Origin: Cyanobacteriota bacterium
GTDB taxonomy: Bacteria > Cyanobacteriota > Cyanobacteriia > Cyanobacteriales > Nostocaceae
Direction of reading: 5' to 3'
DNA: 64,000 bases
Assembly (NCBI GenBank): GCA_046045965.1
Contig: JBJOKS010000002.1
Location: forward strand, 96,001 to 160,000
Below the pieces are notes generated by a model. That model worked only from the letters and a program-made list of their open reading frames with translations. It did not search any database and was not told the DNA's origin. Shown in pieces: positions 51,651 through 62,632 of the stretch. How positions within the stretch are numbered: the first letter of the stretch is position 1; each line of letters starts with the position of its first letter. The position numbers and the translations under genes were made by a program.

Positions 51651-52120
51651 AAGTAAAATTTCAAGATGCTGAAATTATCAAGCTATACTAGAATAACTAG
51701 AATAAAATAGCCATAGCCGAAGCACAGAATTTACAGGATATATCAAAAAACTCCCTTGATTCCTAAATTATAAGTAAAAACTATTAATTTATATATTTTT
51801 AATAAGTTTTTTTTGAAAAAATTTTTTGTTTTTTAGGGTTCACGGGGCGGCGGCTGTGGTAAGATAGTTTTATTAATATAATAGGATGTAAGCAAAATTT
51901 TTATCGAGGCACACATTCCCATTATAAAAATACCACTTCTAGAAGAAAAAGTCAATCGGTTGGAACCCCAAAAAACGAATTTTTTTTTGAATTTTTGAAT
52001 TTTTTTTAACTTTTATTTAATTTTTGTGAAGCTTGGAGAAAATCGGCAGCGGGATTTCAGATAGAAGAATCATAACACAAAAAACATCCTGTCAATCCTG
52101 ATTCAGAGAAATGGATATTA

Positions 52121-53074
52121 CTATTTTTCATATTGTTCATAAGCAGCAACAATCCGCTGTACTAGAGGATGACGGACAACATCTTTTTGGGTAAATTCAC
52201 AAAACGCTATCCCTTCAACGTGCTTCAAAATTTGTAAAGCTGTTGTTAACCCTGATTGCTGGTAATGTGGTAAATCGGTTTGTGTGATATCACCTGTAAT
52301 CACCATGCGTGAACCAAACCCCAAGCGAGTTAAAACCATTTTCATTTGCGCTGGTGTGGTATTTTGGGCTTCATCAACAATCACAAAAGCATTGTTTAAA
52401 GTGCGTCCTCGCATATATGCCAATGGTGCAACTTCAATCACACCACGTTCCATTAAATTAGGTACTTTTTCGGGGTCGATAAATTCATTAATAGCATCAT
52501 AAAGAGGACGGAGATAGGGGTTAACTTTTTGTTGCAAGTCTCCTGGCAAAAATCCCAATTTTTCCCCAGCTTCCACCGCAGGACGAGTTAAAATTAAGCG
52601 TTCAAATTGATTAGATAAAAGTTCTTGAACAGCGACGACAACCGCGAGATAGGTTTTACCAGTTCCCGCAGGACCAATACCAAAAGTGAGATCGCGTTTG
52701 CGGATAGCTTCAATATATTGTCGTTGACGAAAGGTTTTAGCGCGGACTTCTTGACCACGACGACTTTTAGCGAGGATATCGCGTTGGAGGTCTTGGAGTT
52801 CACCTTGGCGATCGCTATCTAATGCCTGACGGGCTGTTAAAATATCAGCAGTTGAGATATTATTACCTTTACTCCAGAGATTTTCCAGCGATCGCACTAA
52901 ACGCATTGCTAGATCAACCTGCTTTTCTTGACCAGCAATGAGCAATTCTTGTCCGCGCAGAACTAAATTAGCTCCTGTTTGTTGAGACAGAAACTTGAGA
53001 TTTGCTTCCCCATATCCCGCTAGAGCGATCGCACTGGGAATATTAGGCAGTTGAATTGTTAAAGCACCTGCCAT
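52121..53074 (-). CDS. phoH: PhoH family protein
   Basis: GPAGTGKT, RPAVEAGE, YMRGRT, DEAQN. Confidence 0.95.
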   Translation of the reverse strand: MAGALTIQLPNIPSAIALAGYGEANLKFLSQQTGANLVLRGQELLIAGQEKQVDLAMRLVRSLENLWSKGNNISTADILTARQALDSDRQGELQDLQRDILAKSRRGQEVRAKTFRQRQYIEAIRKRDLTFGIGPAGTGKTYLAVVVAVQELLSNQFERLILTRPAVEAGEKLGFLPGDLQQKVNPYLRPLYDAINEFIDPEKVPNLMERGVIEVAPLAYMRGRTLNNAFVIVDEAQNTTPAQMKMVLTRLGFGSRMVITGDITQTDLPHYQQSGLTTALQILKHVEGIAFCEFTQKDVVRHPLVQRIVAAYEQYEK

Positions 53075-53099
53075 AGTTTTTGTAAAATGCTGAGTATAT

Positions 53100-53132
53100 A
53101 GATCCCCAACTTCTTTGAGAAGTCGAGGATCT
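53100..53132. repeat. AGATCCCCGACTTC...GAAGTCGGGGATCT-type palindromic repeat; other copies at 63368-63400, about 46905-46934 and about 48853-48874
   Basis: Four related intergenic palindromes in the window. Confidence 0.75.
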
Positions 53133-53279
53133 AAGTATTGCGTTTTTTAAGTCGAAGCTTAGGGAGCAACGAGAGATTGCAAAAACATTTAATTTGACAA
53201 TCTGATTGCCACCTATATCTATCTTTACCAGAACTGCTTACTGGCTGAGTCTCCTCAACATTACCAGTTTAAACTAAAC

Positions 53280-53711
53280 CTAGCGAAAGCGTGGTTTAGC
53301 AACAGGTTTGGGTATATTTCCACTTCTTTCTCTTGATCTTGGTGGGGGTATTCTTTCTTCCTGTTCTTCATCAAAAGACATCCCATCCCGACTTTGGGAA
53401 TTGTTGCCGTAGATGTCCAGGTATACTGATTGACCTGCCAACTCTGCTGCTGCTGCAATTACCGTGCGAATTGCCTGAATATTGCGTCCCCCCCGGCCAA
53501 AGACTTTTCCTTTGTCTGTAGGGTCAAAAGCGATGCGAATCCAAGCCCGTTTGAGGGTGTGAGACATTTCACAATCGACACTTAAAGACTCTGGAGATTC
53601 TAAAAACGGCTGCACAAGAAACTTCACCAGTCCAATATAGTTAGGACCGGCTGCTGGTAACTTCGTCTCAAGCTTATGATGCGGCGTTTGCACTGACTTG
53701 TTCAAAAACAT
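53280..53711 (-). CDS. khpA: KH-domain RNA-binding protein
   Basis: [17 protein letters not shown]; follows rpsP. Confidence 0.85.
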   Translation of the reverse strand: MFLNKSVQTPHHKLETKLPAAGPNYIGLVKFLVQPFLESPESLSVDCEMSHTLKRAWIRIAFDPTDKGKVFGRGGRNIQAIRTVIAAAAELAGQSVYLDIYGNNSQSRDGMSFDEEQEERIPPPRSRERSGNIPKPVAKPRFR

Positions 53712-53934
53712 TAGCTTTTACTAGGATGCGACGAACGGTGTCCGTAGGTTGAGCGCCCTGTTGTAGTCGCTTAACGATACCGGGAACATCCAATCTCACT
53801 TCATCAGTTCTGGGGTTGTAAAATCCTAGTTCTTCTAGGGGACGACCATCACGACGGGATAAGTCGTTAATAGCAATAATGCGGTAACTTGCTTCCCGCT
53901 TTTTACCAAATCGCTTCAAGCGCAGTTTGATCAT
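53674..53934 (-). CDS. rpsP: 30S ribosomal protein S16
   Basis: [23 protein letters not shown]. Confidence 0.98.
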   Translation of the reverse strand: MIKLRLKRFGKKREASYRIIAINDLSRRDGRPLEELGFYNPRTDEVRLDVPGIVKRLQQGAQPTDTVRRILVKANVFEQVSANAAS

Positions 53935-54012
53935 GTTGAGAACTTGTTCTCCTGTTTATTAGTCGGTAGTGATTTTGTGAATGAAATGATAATTGTAGCA
54001 CGGTTAGGAGTC

Positions 54013-54157
54013 AGGGAACAGGGAACAGGGAACAGGGAAAAGAAGGCAGGGGAGGCAGGGGAGGCAGGGGAGGCAGGGGAAGATTAATAATCTAATAATG
54101 CCCAGTCCCCAGTCCCCAGTCCCCAGTCCCCAGTCCCCAGTCCCCAGTCCCTAGTCC
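54013..54157. repeat. Composite tandem repeats: (GGGAACA)n, (GGCAGGGGA)n and STRR1 (CCCCAGT)n
   Basis: Directly visible between ffh and rpsP. Confidence 0.9.
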
Positions 54158-55618
54158 CTAAAGCGTGCCAAAGCCTTTTTTCTTTTTCTCTTTCTTTTTC
54201 TTTTTCGCTGGTGGTGCGCCGCCGGGATAACCGCGCCAACCGGGTGCAGTGCGATTTCCTGCTGCTAGGGGGTTGCCACCGCCGCCAAACATTCCGGGCA
54301 TTCCGGGCATTCCGGGGAAATTGCCTTGTCCCATTTGCTGCATGAGCGATCGCATTTTTTGGAAATCTGCTACCAACTTACTCACGTCTGATTCTCTATA
54401 ACCTGAACCAGAAGCGATGCGTCGCCGACGACTGGGAGAACTGGCTAATAGTTCTGGATCTTTTCTTTCCTGCTTAGTCATGGAATTAATCATGGACTCA
54501 CAGCGTTTTAGCTGGGTTTCCCCTTGCTTTAACTGCTCATCGGAAAGTTTACCCATGCCGGGAATTAATTTCATGATCCCACCTAATGAACCCATGTTTT
54601 TCATTAGGCGTAGCTGTTTTAAGAAGTCTGTAAAATCAAACTTCGCTGACAGCATTTTCTCCTGCATTTTCTCAGCGTCGGCGATGTCGATTTCTTCCTG
54701 GGCTTTTTCAACCAAGGTAAGAACATCACCCATGCCTAAAATCCGCGAAGCCATGCGGTCAGGATAAAACGGTTGCAGCGCCTCGACTTTTTCACCCACA
54801 CCGATAAATTTAATCGGCGCACCGGAAATTTGCCGCACTGACAAAGCCGCACCACCCCGGCTATCACCGTCCATTTTGGTGAGAATAGCCCCAGTTATAC
54901 CGATTTGTTCATGGAAAGTACGGGTAAGATTTGCTGCTTCTTGCCCCGTCATGGCATCCACAACTAACAGGGTTTCGTCTGGTGCGATAGTTGACTTGAT
55001 GCTGGCTAATTCCGCCATCATGTCTTGGTCAATTTGCAAGCGTCCAGCAGTATCAACAATAACTGTATTAATACCTTCTGCCTTGGCGCGTTCCACACCT
55101 TGACGGGCGATTTCTACGGGGTCGGCATCACTACCCATCTCAAACACGGGTACGTTAATTTGCTTACCCAGTGTAATTAACTGATCAATAGCTGCGGGAC
55201 GATATACGTCAGTAGCTACTAATAAACAACTACGATCTAATTTTCTTAAATGTAAAGCTAATTTAGCAGTAGCGGTGGTTTTACCAGTACCCTGTAAACC
55301 CGCCATTAGCACAACGGTAGTTTTATCCTTAACTTCTGCCAGGGGAACATTTTCTTCCCCCATCACCTGTACCAGTTCATCGTAAACAATTTTGATAAAC
55401 TGTTGATCAGGACGTACACCAGCTATGACCTCGGCTCCCTGAGCTTTGGTTTCGACTTCAGCTATAAAATCTTTAACTACCTGGAGGTTAACATCTGCTT
55501 CCAATAAAGCGCGACGCACTTCGCGCAAAGCGTCTTGAATGTTGGATTGAGAAATTTTATCTTGTCCCCGCAGTTTTTTCCAGGCAGATTCTAAACGGTC
55601 AGATAGTGCATCAAACAT
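54158..55618 (-). CDS. ffh: Signal recognition particle protein
   Basis: GLQGTGKT, DTAGR, TKMD, Met-rich M domain. Confidence 0.98.
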   Translation of the reverse strand: MFDALSDRLESAWKKLRGQDKISQSNIQDALREVRRALLEADVNLQVVKDFIAEVETKAQGAEVIAGVRPDQQFIKIVYDELVQVMGEENVPLAEVKDKTTVVLMAGLQGTGKTTATAKLALHLRKLDRSCLLVATDVYRPAAIDQLITLGKQINVPVFEMGSDADPVEIARQGVERAKAEGINTVIVDTAGRLQIDQDMMAELASIKSTIAPDETLLVVDAMTGQEAANLTRTFHEQIGITGAILTKMDGDSRGGAALSVRQISGAPIKFIGVGEKVEALQPFYPDRMASRILGMGDVLTLVEKAQEEIDIADAEKMQEKMLSAKFDFTDFLKQLRLMKNMGSLGGIMKLIPGMGKLSDEQLKQGETQLKRCESMINSMTKQERKDPELLASSPSRRRRIASGSGYRESDVSKLVADFQKMRSLMQQMGQGNFPGMPGMPGMFGGGGNPLAAGNRTAPGWRGYPGGAPPAKKKKKEKKKKGFGTL

Positions 55619-55938
55619 AATGTAATTACAATGTACGTGAGTCGGTGTGAAAGTTTGAACCGCTGGTTTTGCGCTCCAGGCAGAATTTTCGGTAAAGTTT
55701 TAAGTTTCCATATTACCAGCTTAGTAGGTTTTATCCCAGGTGTGGCAACAGGATGAGTGATTATGTGATGCGGAAGTGAAGAATAAGGGTGTGGGGTTTG
55801 GGATGTAGGGTGTAGATTTAATCGCATGATTATTAAAATAATCTTTTCATAAACGATATAAAAACAAATCTCCAGTAATATTGATGATTTGAAATTAAGT
55901 CTAATTTTCTACCTTGAACTGCAAGAGGATTGATTTTT

Positions 55939-56421
55939 ATGTCTGCATCTATAAAAAATCAAGCTTATATTGCTGCTTTGTGGGAACAACCAACTTTATG
56001 CCTAGCATTCTTTGGTGTGCAGTTTCAGACTGAAGAAGGTCAAAAACTGTATAATGATTCGGGTATCCAGGAAGAAATTTTACCAGCTTTAGCTGCGGCT
56101 GAATCTGAAGGGTTGTTGCTCAACCGGGAGATGATGACTAAAGAGGGTCCGGTGATTATGCAATATTGGAGATCCCACGAAGAGTTAAATCAATGGTCGC
56201 ATAAACTTCCCCATACTCGCTGGTGGCAATGGTTAGTAGATAATACTGATAAGGGTGTTTGCTTTTATCACGAAATTTATCAGGTAAAAACCGCAGAAGC
56301 AATTTATGAACCTGGTACTCAACCTGTTGGACCGGCGGTGTTTTGTTCTTTGTATCCTGTGAAGACTGGGGAAGGAAAGTCAAAACAGCGTCAGCAAAAA
56401 TTTACGGAAGCTGCAAATTAG
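55939..56421 (+). CDS. DUF4188 / monooxygenase-like protein
   Basis: MQYWRS..L..W...PH..WW and YHEIY motifs. Confidence 0.65.
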   Translation: MSASIKNQAYIAALWEQPTLCLAFFGVQFQTEEGQKLYNDSGIQEEILPALAAAESEGLLLNREMMTKEGPVIMQYWRSHEELNQWSHKLPHTRWWQWLVDNTDKGVCFYHEIYQVKTAEAIYEPGTQPVGPAVFCSLYPVKTGEGKSKQRQQKFTEAAN

Positions 56422-56475
56422 ATTGAGTAAGGAAAGCAAAATAGGCGTTAAAATCGATCCAGCCTTTGTATTTTA

Positions 56476-58191
56476 GTGGTTTTGTCCCAGATAAATCAGA
56501 GTGCGGTTCACTGCATAAATCCTCACTGTCAACGTCCTTATCCCCAACCTTGGGGAAACAAATTTTGTAACAGCTGTGGCAGTCAGTTACAGTTGGTAGA
56601 CCGCTATTGGCCACTTCAACCTTTAGGTTCGGGCGGTTTTGCCCAAATTTATACGGTTTGGGATGTCAAAACTCAAACTGAAAAGGTGCTGAAAGTGTTG
56701 GTGGAAAACTCTCCCAAAGCTTTGGAATTATTTATCCAAGAAGCGGAGGTTTTAAGTAATTTCCGAAATCCTGGTGTTCCTAAAGTGGATGCTGATGGGT
56801 ATTTTCAAATCAATTTGACTAACCCTAAACCACACCAGTTGGCCTGTCTGGTGATGGAAAAAATTGATGGCCATAATTTAGAGGAAATTCGCAAAAAGTA
56901 TCCTCAAGGATGTCCAGAAGATTTGGTGTTAAATTGGTTTTCCCAATCTGTAAAAATTTTACAGGAATTACACAAACGCCACATTATTCATCGAGATATT
57001 AAACCTTCTAATTTAATGTTGCGTAGTCCTGCACCTAACGCACCTTTTAAAGTACAACAATTGGTGTTAATTGATTTTGGTGGGGCTAAACAGTTTAGTG
57101 GGGGAATATTACGATCACATTCTTCTTCTACCCGATTATTTTCTTCGGGTTACAGTCCACCAGAACAAATCATTGGTGGTAATGTTGGTCCTGCGGCTGA
57201 TTTTTATGCTTTGGGACGAACAATGATTGAATTACTCACAGGTAAATATCCGCAAGAATTGGAAGATCCGATTACTGGGGAATTAAGCTGGCGTAAGTGG
57301 TGTAATGTTAATATTCAACTAGCAGATTTACTAGATGAAATGATACAGGCGGATGTGCGATCGCGTCCAGCCCATGCAGCTATTATTCAAAAACGTTTAT
57401 TAGCAATTAATTCTGTAAAATCCAAAAAATTACAAAAATCACAACCAGGGTTTTTTACCCAAATTAAAAATACTATCATTCATGGTATTACAGAATTTAC
57501 CCAAGCTGTAGGTAATACAACTTTATTTACAGTGCAAGCAATTTTCAAATTTTTGAAAGCTTGTCTGGCTACAATTTGGGCGATAATTTTAAGTTTTATT
57601 GGTGCGAGTGTGGGGACTATTGGTGGTTTTTTTCTGGCTTATCAAACTAAATTAGGTGCTTTTGTTGCAGAATTTATATTACGTCAATTACCAGAATTAA
57701 TCCCCAATTTTACACCTACAAATCCCAAGGAAATTATCATCTATGCTGTTGCTGGTTTAGGGACTGCTTGGGGAATTACTTTATCTGGAAGTTTTGGACA
57801 AAAACGACGTTTTTTAAGTTCAGCAATGATGGGTTTAATAGGCTATAGTTCAGGTTGGATAACTTGGCAATTTATTAAACCACAGGATAGTCCCGAAGGA
57901 TTAATTGCTTGGATGTTAATATCAATTTCTCTACTGACTTTGGGTTTAGGTCTGCGTAGCCATTACCTAGCTTACGCTTTTATAGCTGCTTTTGGTAGTG
58001 CTAATATTGTCGCAGGTTTAATTCATTTAGGAATAAAAATTTCATTGGTTCATTTTTCCGATCCACCAAATTGGGTAGAGTTATTACAACATATAGCTTT
58101 TTTGGGTTTTATTGGTATTTTAATTAGTCTTTGTTTAGGGTTGAGTCATTACATTATTGTTCCCTGTTTACGTTGGTTAGGATGGAGATAA
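56476..58191 (+). CDS. Ser/Thr kinase with 4-Cys prefix and multi-TM C-terminus
   Basis: CINPHC..CNSC, GSGGFA, HRDIKPSN, DFG; hydrophobic C-terminal third. Confidence 0.9.
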   Translation: MVLSQINQSAVHCINPHCQRPYPQPWGNKFCNSCGSQLQLVDRYWPLQPLGSGGFAQIYTVWDVKTQTEKVLKVLVENSPKALELFIQEAEVLSNFRNPGVPKVDADGYFQINLTNPKPHQLACLVMEKIDGHNLEEIRKKYPQGCPEDLVLNWFSQSVKILQELHKRHIIHRDIKPSNLMLRSPAPNAPFKVQQLVLIDFGGAKQFSGGILRSHSSSTRLFSSGYSPPEQIIGGNVGPAADFYALGRTMIELLTGKYPQELEDPITGELSWRKWCNVNIQLADLLDEMIQADVRSRPAHAAIIQKRLLAINSVKSKKLQKSQPGFFTQIKNTIIHGITEFTQAVGNTTLFTVQAIFKFLKACLATIWAIILSFIGASVGTIGGFFLAYQTKLGAFVAEFILRQLPELIPNFTPTNPKEIIIYAVAGLGTAWGITLSGSFGQKRRFLSSAMMGLIGYSSGWITWQFIKPQDSPEGLIAWMLISISLLTLGLGLRSHYLAYAFIAAFGSANIVAGLIHLGIKISLVHFSDPPNWVELLQHIAFLGFIGILISLCLGLSHYIIVPCLRWLGWR

Positions 58192-58436
58192 TTGACAATT
58201 GATAATTATGGTATTTTTCAGGTAAATTAACCAAGTTTTCAATTTTTTTAATGTCTCTCGCAATTTCCGCCAGGAGATCCCGCAGGGTAGGAACAAAAAA
58301 GCAAAGGTGTCGTTATAAGTGAAAAATGCCGTTAATATATAAAAATTTACAAATAATCTCTCAGTTGTAAGGTAGACTATCCAAAACTATGGTATTTTTA
58401 CTTAAAAAAGTTATAGTAATTTACCAATAATCAATC

Positions 58437-60000
58437 ATGATCATAGAATTTTCTACCATCACTTCTGCTATTAGTAAAGTTGCTCCTCAAGCAAGTCAAC
58501 TACTAATTAAACACGCGCAAAGAAACGAAGCTTGTAATCAAAGTTTTACAGGAATTAAAACTCAATCCAACAGAAATTCCTGATGATATTGATGGAGTTT
58601 ATGCTTATAGCTTGGTTAGATATGGGATATTTAAACATTCAGCCATATTAAACCTGTTTAGAGAAAAGCCAATAAAAGATTATTTTTGGGATGCTTACAG
58701 TAATAATGCCCCGTTTCAGTTTGTAGAAAATGCCAAAAAATACTTGAATTTAAATAGTGAATTAAAGACACAAGTAATTAATAGTAAAATTAATTTTTTA
58801 GCAGAGTTAGAAGAATTTGGTGAGGCTTTTATTGCTGTTGCCAAACAAACCAAGAACGAAAAATATCAACCTTATCCAGATTGGGATTTAGATATTTATC
58901 CTAAAGAATTTAAAGCCTTAATTTTTGAAAAGACTCGCTTATTTTGCGGTCGTGATTTTGTATTTAAAGCTATCAATCAATTTTTCACAACTCAACCCAA
59001 AGGTTATTTTACAGTGATTGGGGATGCAGGGATGGGAAAAAGTGCGATCGCATCCAAATACGTTTTAGCTACTAAATTTCTTTGTTATTTTAATATCTTT
59101 GCAGAAGGACGCAACAAACCAGAGAAATTTTTAGCTAGTATGCGTCAACAATTAATCAAACGCTACTCTTTACAAAATGCAGAAACCGCAGATTTAAGGA
59201 CTTTATTAGAAAAAGTCAGTGAAAAAGGACAAAGATTAGTCATTGTTGTTGATGCACTAGATGAAGTAGAACAAGAAGGAAATGGTAATCTTTTAGATTT
59301 ACCCCAAAACCTGCCTAACGGCATTTATTTTTTACTAACCAGAAGACCTTATAATCAAGAAACCAAACGTTTAACAGTTTCTCCTGATACTCCTGTTAGT
59401 GAATTGGATTTAACCAAAGGTGATTATACAGCTTTGAGTCAGGAAGATATCAAAGAATATCTGCACTTATTTTTAAACAACGACAAAAAACTGAGAAATT
59501 GGATTAATGAACGTCATATTTCTGAGGAAAGTTTTGTGGAACAAATAGCGGTCAAGAGTGAGAATAATTTTATCTATTTACGTTATCTTTTACCAGGAAT
59601 ATCTGAAGGTAAATATAACGATTTAACTTTACAGGGATTACTCCAAGGATTACAGGATTATTATACAACCCATTGGACACGCATGGGCATGGATAAAGAA
59701 TCTAATGAAAAGAAAGTGAAAATACTTTATATCTTGGTAGAAAGAGGTGAAGCAATTTCTAGTGAAATGATTGCGGATATTCTCGATGAAGATGAATATG
59801 ATGTGAAAGACGTTTTAAATGATTGGATAGAATATGTGACACCGAAAGTAAATTTAAAGGAACAGAAAACTTACTATAGTATTTATCATCGCAGTTTTTT
59901 AGAATTTCTTAAAGGTCAGGATAAATTAGGCAAAGGAAGGAAACTGTTTAGGGAAGTTAATAAGAGTATGGCTGATTATATGCTCAAGGAGATGGAATAA
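58437..60000 (+). pseudogene. STAND/NACHT-like P-loop NTPase with a single +1 frameshift near codon 32
   Basis: FCGRDFVF, Walker A GDAGMGKS, Walker B IVVDALDE, YSIYHRSF winged-helix motif; ATG at 58437 joins the 58612 frame if one T at 58532-58533 is removed (520 aa). Confidence 0.75.
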
Positions 60001-60001
60001 A

Positions 60002-60649
60002 ATGGATTTCTCAGCTTTGTACCAATGGATTATTAATTTACAAATTGCAAAAATAGCACCAGTTATAGGAATAGTTATAGCGGTCATAGTGAATTTTCCA
60101 AAAATTTACGCTATGGTGAGAGGAGTAATTGTTAAAATTGAAATTAAACAGTTTACTCTTGTCGAAAGAGAACCCGGCTTAGTGGATTTTCAACTTAATT
60201 TATGTATGCACGCCTTATATGGAAAGGTAGTCGTTAAAGGAATTTATTTGGTAAATAAACACAAGTTTCATTTACTATACAATGAGTCAATTTGCTTATA
60301 TAATGAACCAGATAACAATACACCAAGTAATAAGGCAATAATAAAACTTGCTATGCCTATGATTGACTTTGAGTTTACTCAATTTGTAGAGGATAAATTT
60401 AAAGAGTTACTTTGCAAAAAATTGGAACAGTCTCAAGTGAATGTTCTCGGATTTGAAATTCTTGAAAATTCATTCAAGTGTTTAACAATGGCTGGTAGAT
60501 TAAAAGGAAAACTTGATGGCATATATTTTTCAAATATTTCTTTGGAAAATTGGAGTGTCCTGGTGGAATATGGTACTGATAAATGGACACGCACCACCAA
60601 GACAGAACTTATGTCTTCGATTATTGACAATGAGAAAACTATTTATTAA
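60002..60649 (+). CDS. Hypothetical protein with N-terminal TM anchor
   Basis: 215-aa ORF starting 1 nt after the NTPase stop, behind AGGAG; hydrophobic residues 17-31. Confidence 0.65.
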   Translation: MDFSALYQWIINLQIAKIAPVIGIVIAVIVNFPKIYAMVRGVIVKIEIKQFTLVEREPGLVDFQLNLCMHALYGKVVVKGIYLVNKHKFHLLYNESICLYNEPDNNTPSNKAIIKLAMPMIDFEFTQFVEDKFKELLCKKLEQSQVNVLGFEILENSFKCLTMAGRLKGKLDGIYFSNISLENWSVLVEYGTDKWTRTTKTELMSSIIDNEKTIY

Positions 60650-61347
60650 CTATCAATACCTCCGTTTAATGATTCCAGTCGTAATAGCCATGAATTAAAA
60701 TGAGGACATTTATCCCGAATTACTTCTAATCCAATTGATTCAGCTAATAGTGAGCCAACAGTAGATTTTGCTCTTTCATAATCAGGAAATTGGGCAATAA
60801 TACGTTTACTGGGGGCTGTTTCCTTGCTATCATTAATCAACTCAGGGGTTTCATAGCTATCAGAAATAGTCTTGAGAATTACAACCTTATCTGAGCAATT
60901 ATCATAAAAGGACTCAAAACAAGTTGGATCAGAAAAAAGATAAGCCTCGTATTCATGCAATTGAATGTACGGTATGAATCGAGGATCATCAATATCATCA
61001 GCAAAGCTTTTCTCCAAAAACTCGACTCGTTTGATGGGATTTTGGCGCATAATTTCAGATGCTGCTAATCCCGGTAAATTATGATGAATTGCATACAAAT
61101 CAATCATGGTAGTAAAAAATACATTAGTTCCTTTCTCCTGCTTGAGAAAACGCAAAATGTCGTCCCTCATGGGCTGATAGTCACCATAACCGCTACCACC
61201 ACGATGAGCCTTTCCCTTTTTTCTTGCGTGAGCAATTAATATAATCTTGTCCAAAAAAACACCGTATTTAGCAAGGTGTGGTTTCAGGATGCTATCAGCA
61301 AATGTTTGTTCAGTTGGTCCTTCAGCAAATAAATAGAGTCGTATCAT
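60646..61347 (-). CDS. DUF4276 family (TOPRIM-like) protein
   Basis: LFAEGPTE, TMIDLY, HEYEAYLF, PELIND..ETAPSKR, IRDKCPHFNSWL; start overlaps the ATPase stop (TAATG). Confidence 0.82.
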   Translation of the reverse strand: MIRLYLFAEGPTEQTFADSILKPHLAKYGVFLDKIILIAHARKKGKAHRGGSGYGDYQPMRDDILRFLKQEKGTNVFFTTMIDLYAIHHNLPGLAASEIMRQNPIKRVEFLEKSFADDIDDPRFIPYIQLHEYEAYLFSDPTCFESFYDNCSDKVVILKTISDSYETPELINDSKETAPSKRIIAQFPDYERAKSTVGSLLAESIGLEVIRDKCPHFNSWLLRLESLNGGIDS

Positions 61348-62444
61348 TAGTGTGGACCTCCACCAAGGATATTTTTTTCCCACATTTCTCCCAAACTATA
61401 TTCTTCTAACCAAGCTTCTAATTCTTCGGGATTTAACCGCTTAAATTGCGACTCCTTACCCACTCTATCTACTGTAATTACATCTTCAGCATTAAAGTTA
61501 TCTAAGAAAGAACTAGATTGGGTGCTGATGAGAATTTGTGTATGATAGGAAGCCTTACCAAACATCGCAGCTACAACATTGAGCGCATAGGGATGAAGAC
61601 CCAGTTCCGGTTCATCAACAATTATTAGTTCTGGAAGTTCTGTTTCTGGCTGCAAAAGCAACGTAGTCAGGCAGATAGCTCGCAAAGTACCGTCCGAAAA
61701 TTGGTGTGGACCAAATACTTGATCTGAGCCTTTTTCTCGCCAATTGAGAATGATATTAGTCCCTCTACGCTCAAGGACAAAATCATCAAAAAATGGGGCA
61801 ATCAAACGGATAGTTTTAATAATACGCTGATAAACTGTATTATTATCGTCGCGGAATCGGAGGAGTAATGCGGCTAAATTTCCCGCATCAGGTTTTAACT
61901 GAAGATTGTCATCAACATAACCGGCTAGACGAACTGCGGCAGTAGAAGACGTATCATGAAAGTGGTAAACATGGCAATACTTGAGCAAATGTTTGATAGT
62001 GTTGGCAATTGTTGGCGTACCTTCTTGTGCTGCTTTGTTGATTTTTGTTTCCTGATGTCCTGCACCGAATGAGTAAGTGGTTGAGGGTTGAGGTAGGTGT
62101 GAGCCGTTTCGCGTCCCTGTTTCTTCAGCAAATATCAAAGTATCACCTGCCGCATGAACTAGACAGATTTTATAGATAATATCCCCTTTGTCAATCTTGA
62201 ACTCTAGTTTTGCTTCTATTTCCCGTGTTACCTTCGGTCCAAAGTGCAATAGGGATTGAGCATAACCCGATATGCCGATATATTCTTGAAGTCGTTCGGC
62301 CATCATCTCATTCAGCATCTTGAAAAAGGAGATCAGATTGCTCTTACCTGCTCCATTAGCTCCAATCAATATGTTTAAGGGACGCAACTCAAGATCCATT
62401 GTCTTAATGGACTTGAAGCCCTTGATCATTAGTCGCTGTAGCAT
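61347..62444 (-). CDS. ABC-type ATPase (AAA_21/AAA_15-like)
   Basis: IKGFKSI, GANGAGKSN, FSDGT signature, IVDEPELGLHP, STQS. Confidence 0.9.
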   Translation of the reverse strand: MLQRLMIKGFKSIKTMDLELRPLNILIGANGAGKSNLISFFKMLNEMMAERLQEYIGISGYAQSLLHFGPKVTREIEAKLEFKIDKGDIIYKICLVHAAGDTLIFAEETGTRNGSHLPQPSTTYSFGAGHQETKINKAAQEGTPTIANTIKHLLKYCHVYHFHDTSSTAAVRLAGYVDDNLQLKPDAGNLAALLLRFRDDNNTVYQRIIKTIRLIAPFFDDFVLERRGTNIILNWREKGSDQVFGPHQFSDGTLRAICLTTLLLQPETELPELIIVDEPELGLHPYALNVVAAMFGKASYHTQILISTQSSSFLDNFNAEDVITVDRVGKESQFKRLNPEELEAWLEEYSLGEMWEKNILGGGPH

Positions 62445-62533
62445 GACAAACAATTAGTTCTTATACAAAATAATTATAATATATGTAATCTCTCTGTACA
62501 GGATAAAAAATTAAAAAATTACGCAAAGTGCTG

Positions 62534-62581
62534 TATTGACGGTTGAGATTTTGATAATTTAATTGAAGAGATAGATAGTTT
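62534..62581 (+). pseudogene. Fragment of a second DUF29 gene
   Basis: 48 nt matching 62993-63040 with 3 mismatches. Confidence 0.7.
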
Positions 62582-62632
62582 TGGAGATTGGAATAAAAAG
62601 GTAAATAATGAATGGTTTTCTATTAACTGGAG

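Noticed and set aside
54013..54157. Possible CRISPR array among the tandem repeats
   Set aside because: 7-9 nt units with no unique spacers; no cas genes or CRISPR array anywhere in the window.
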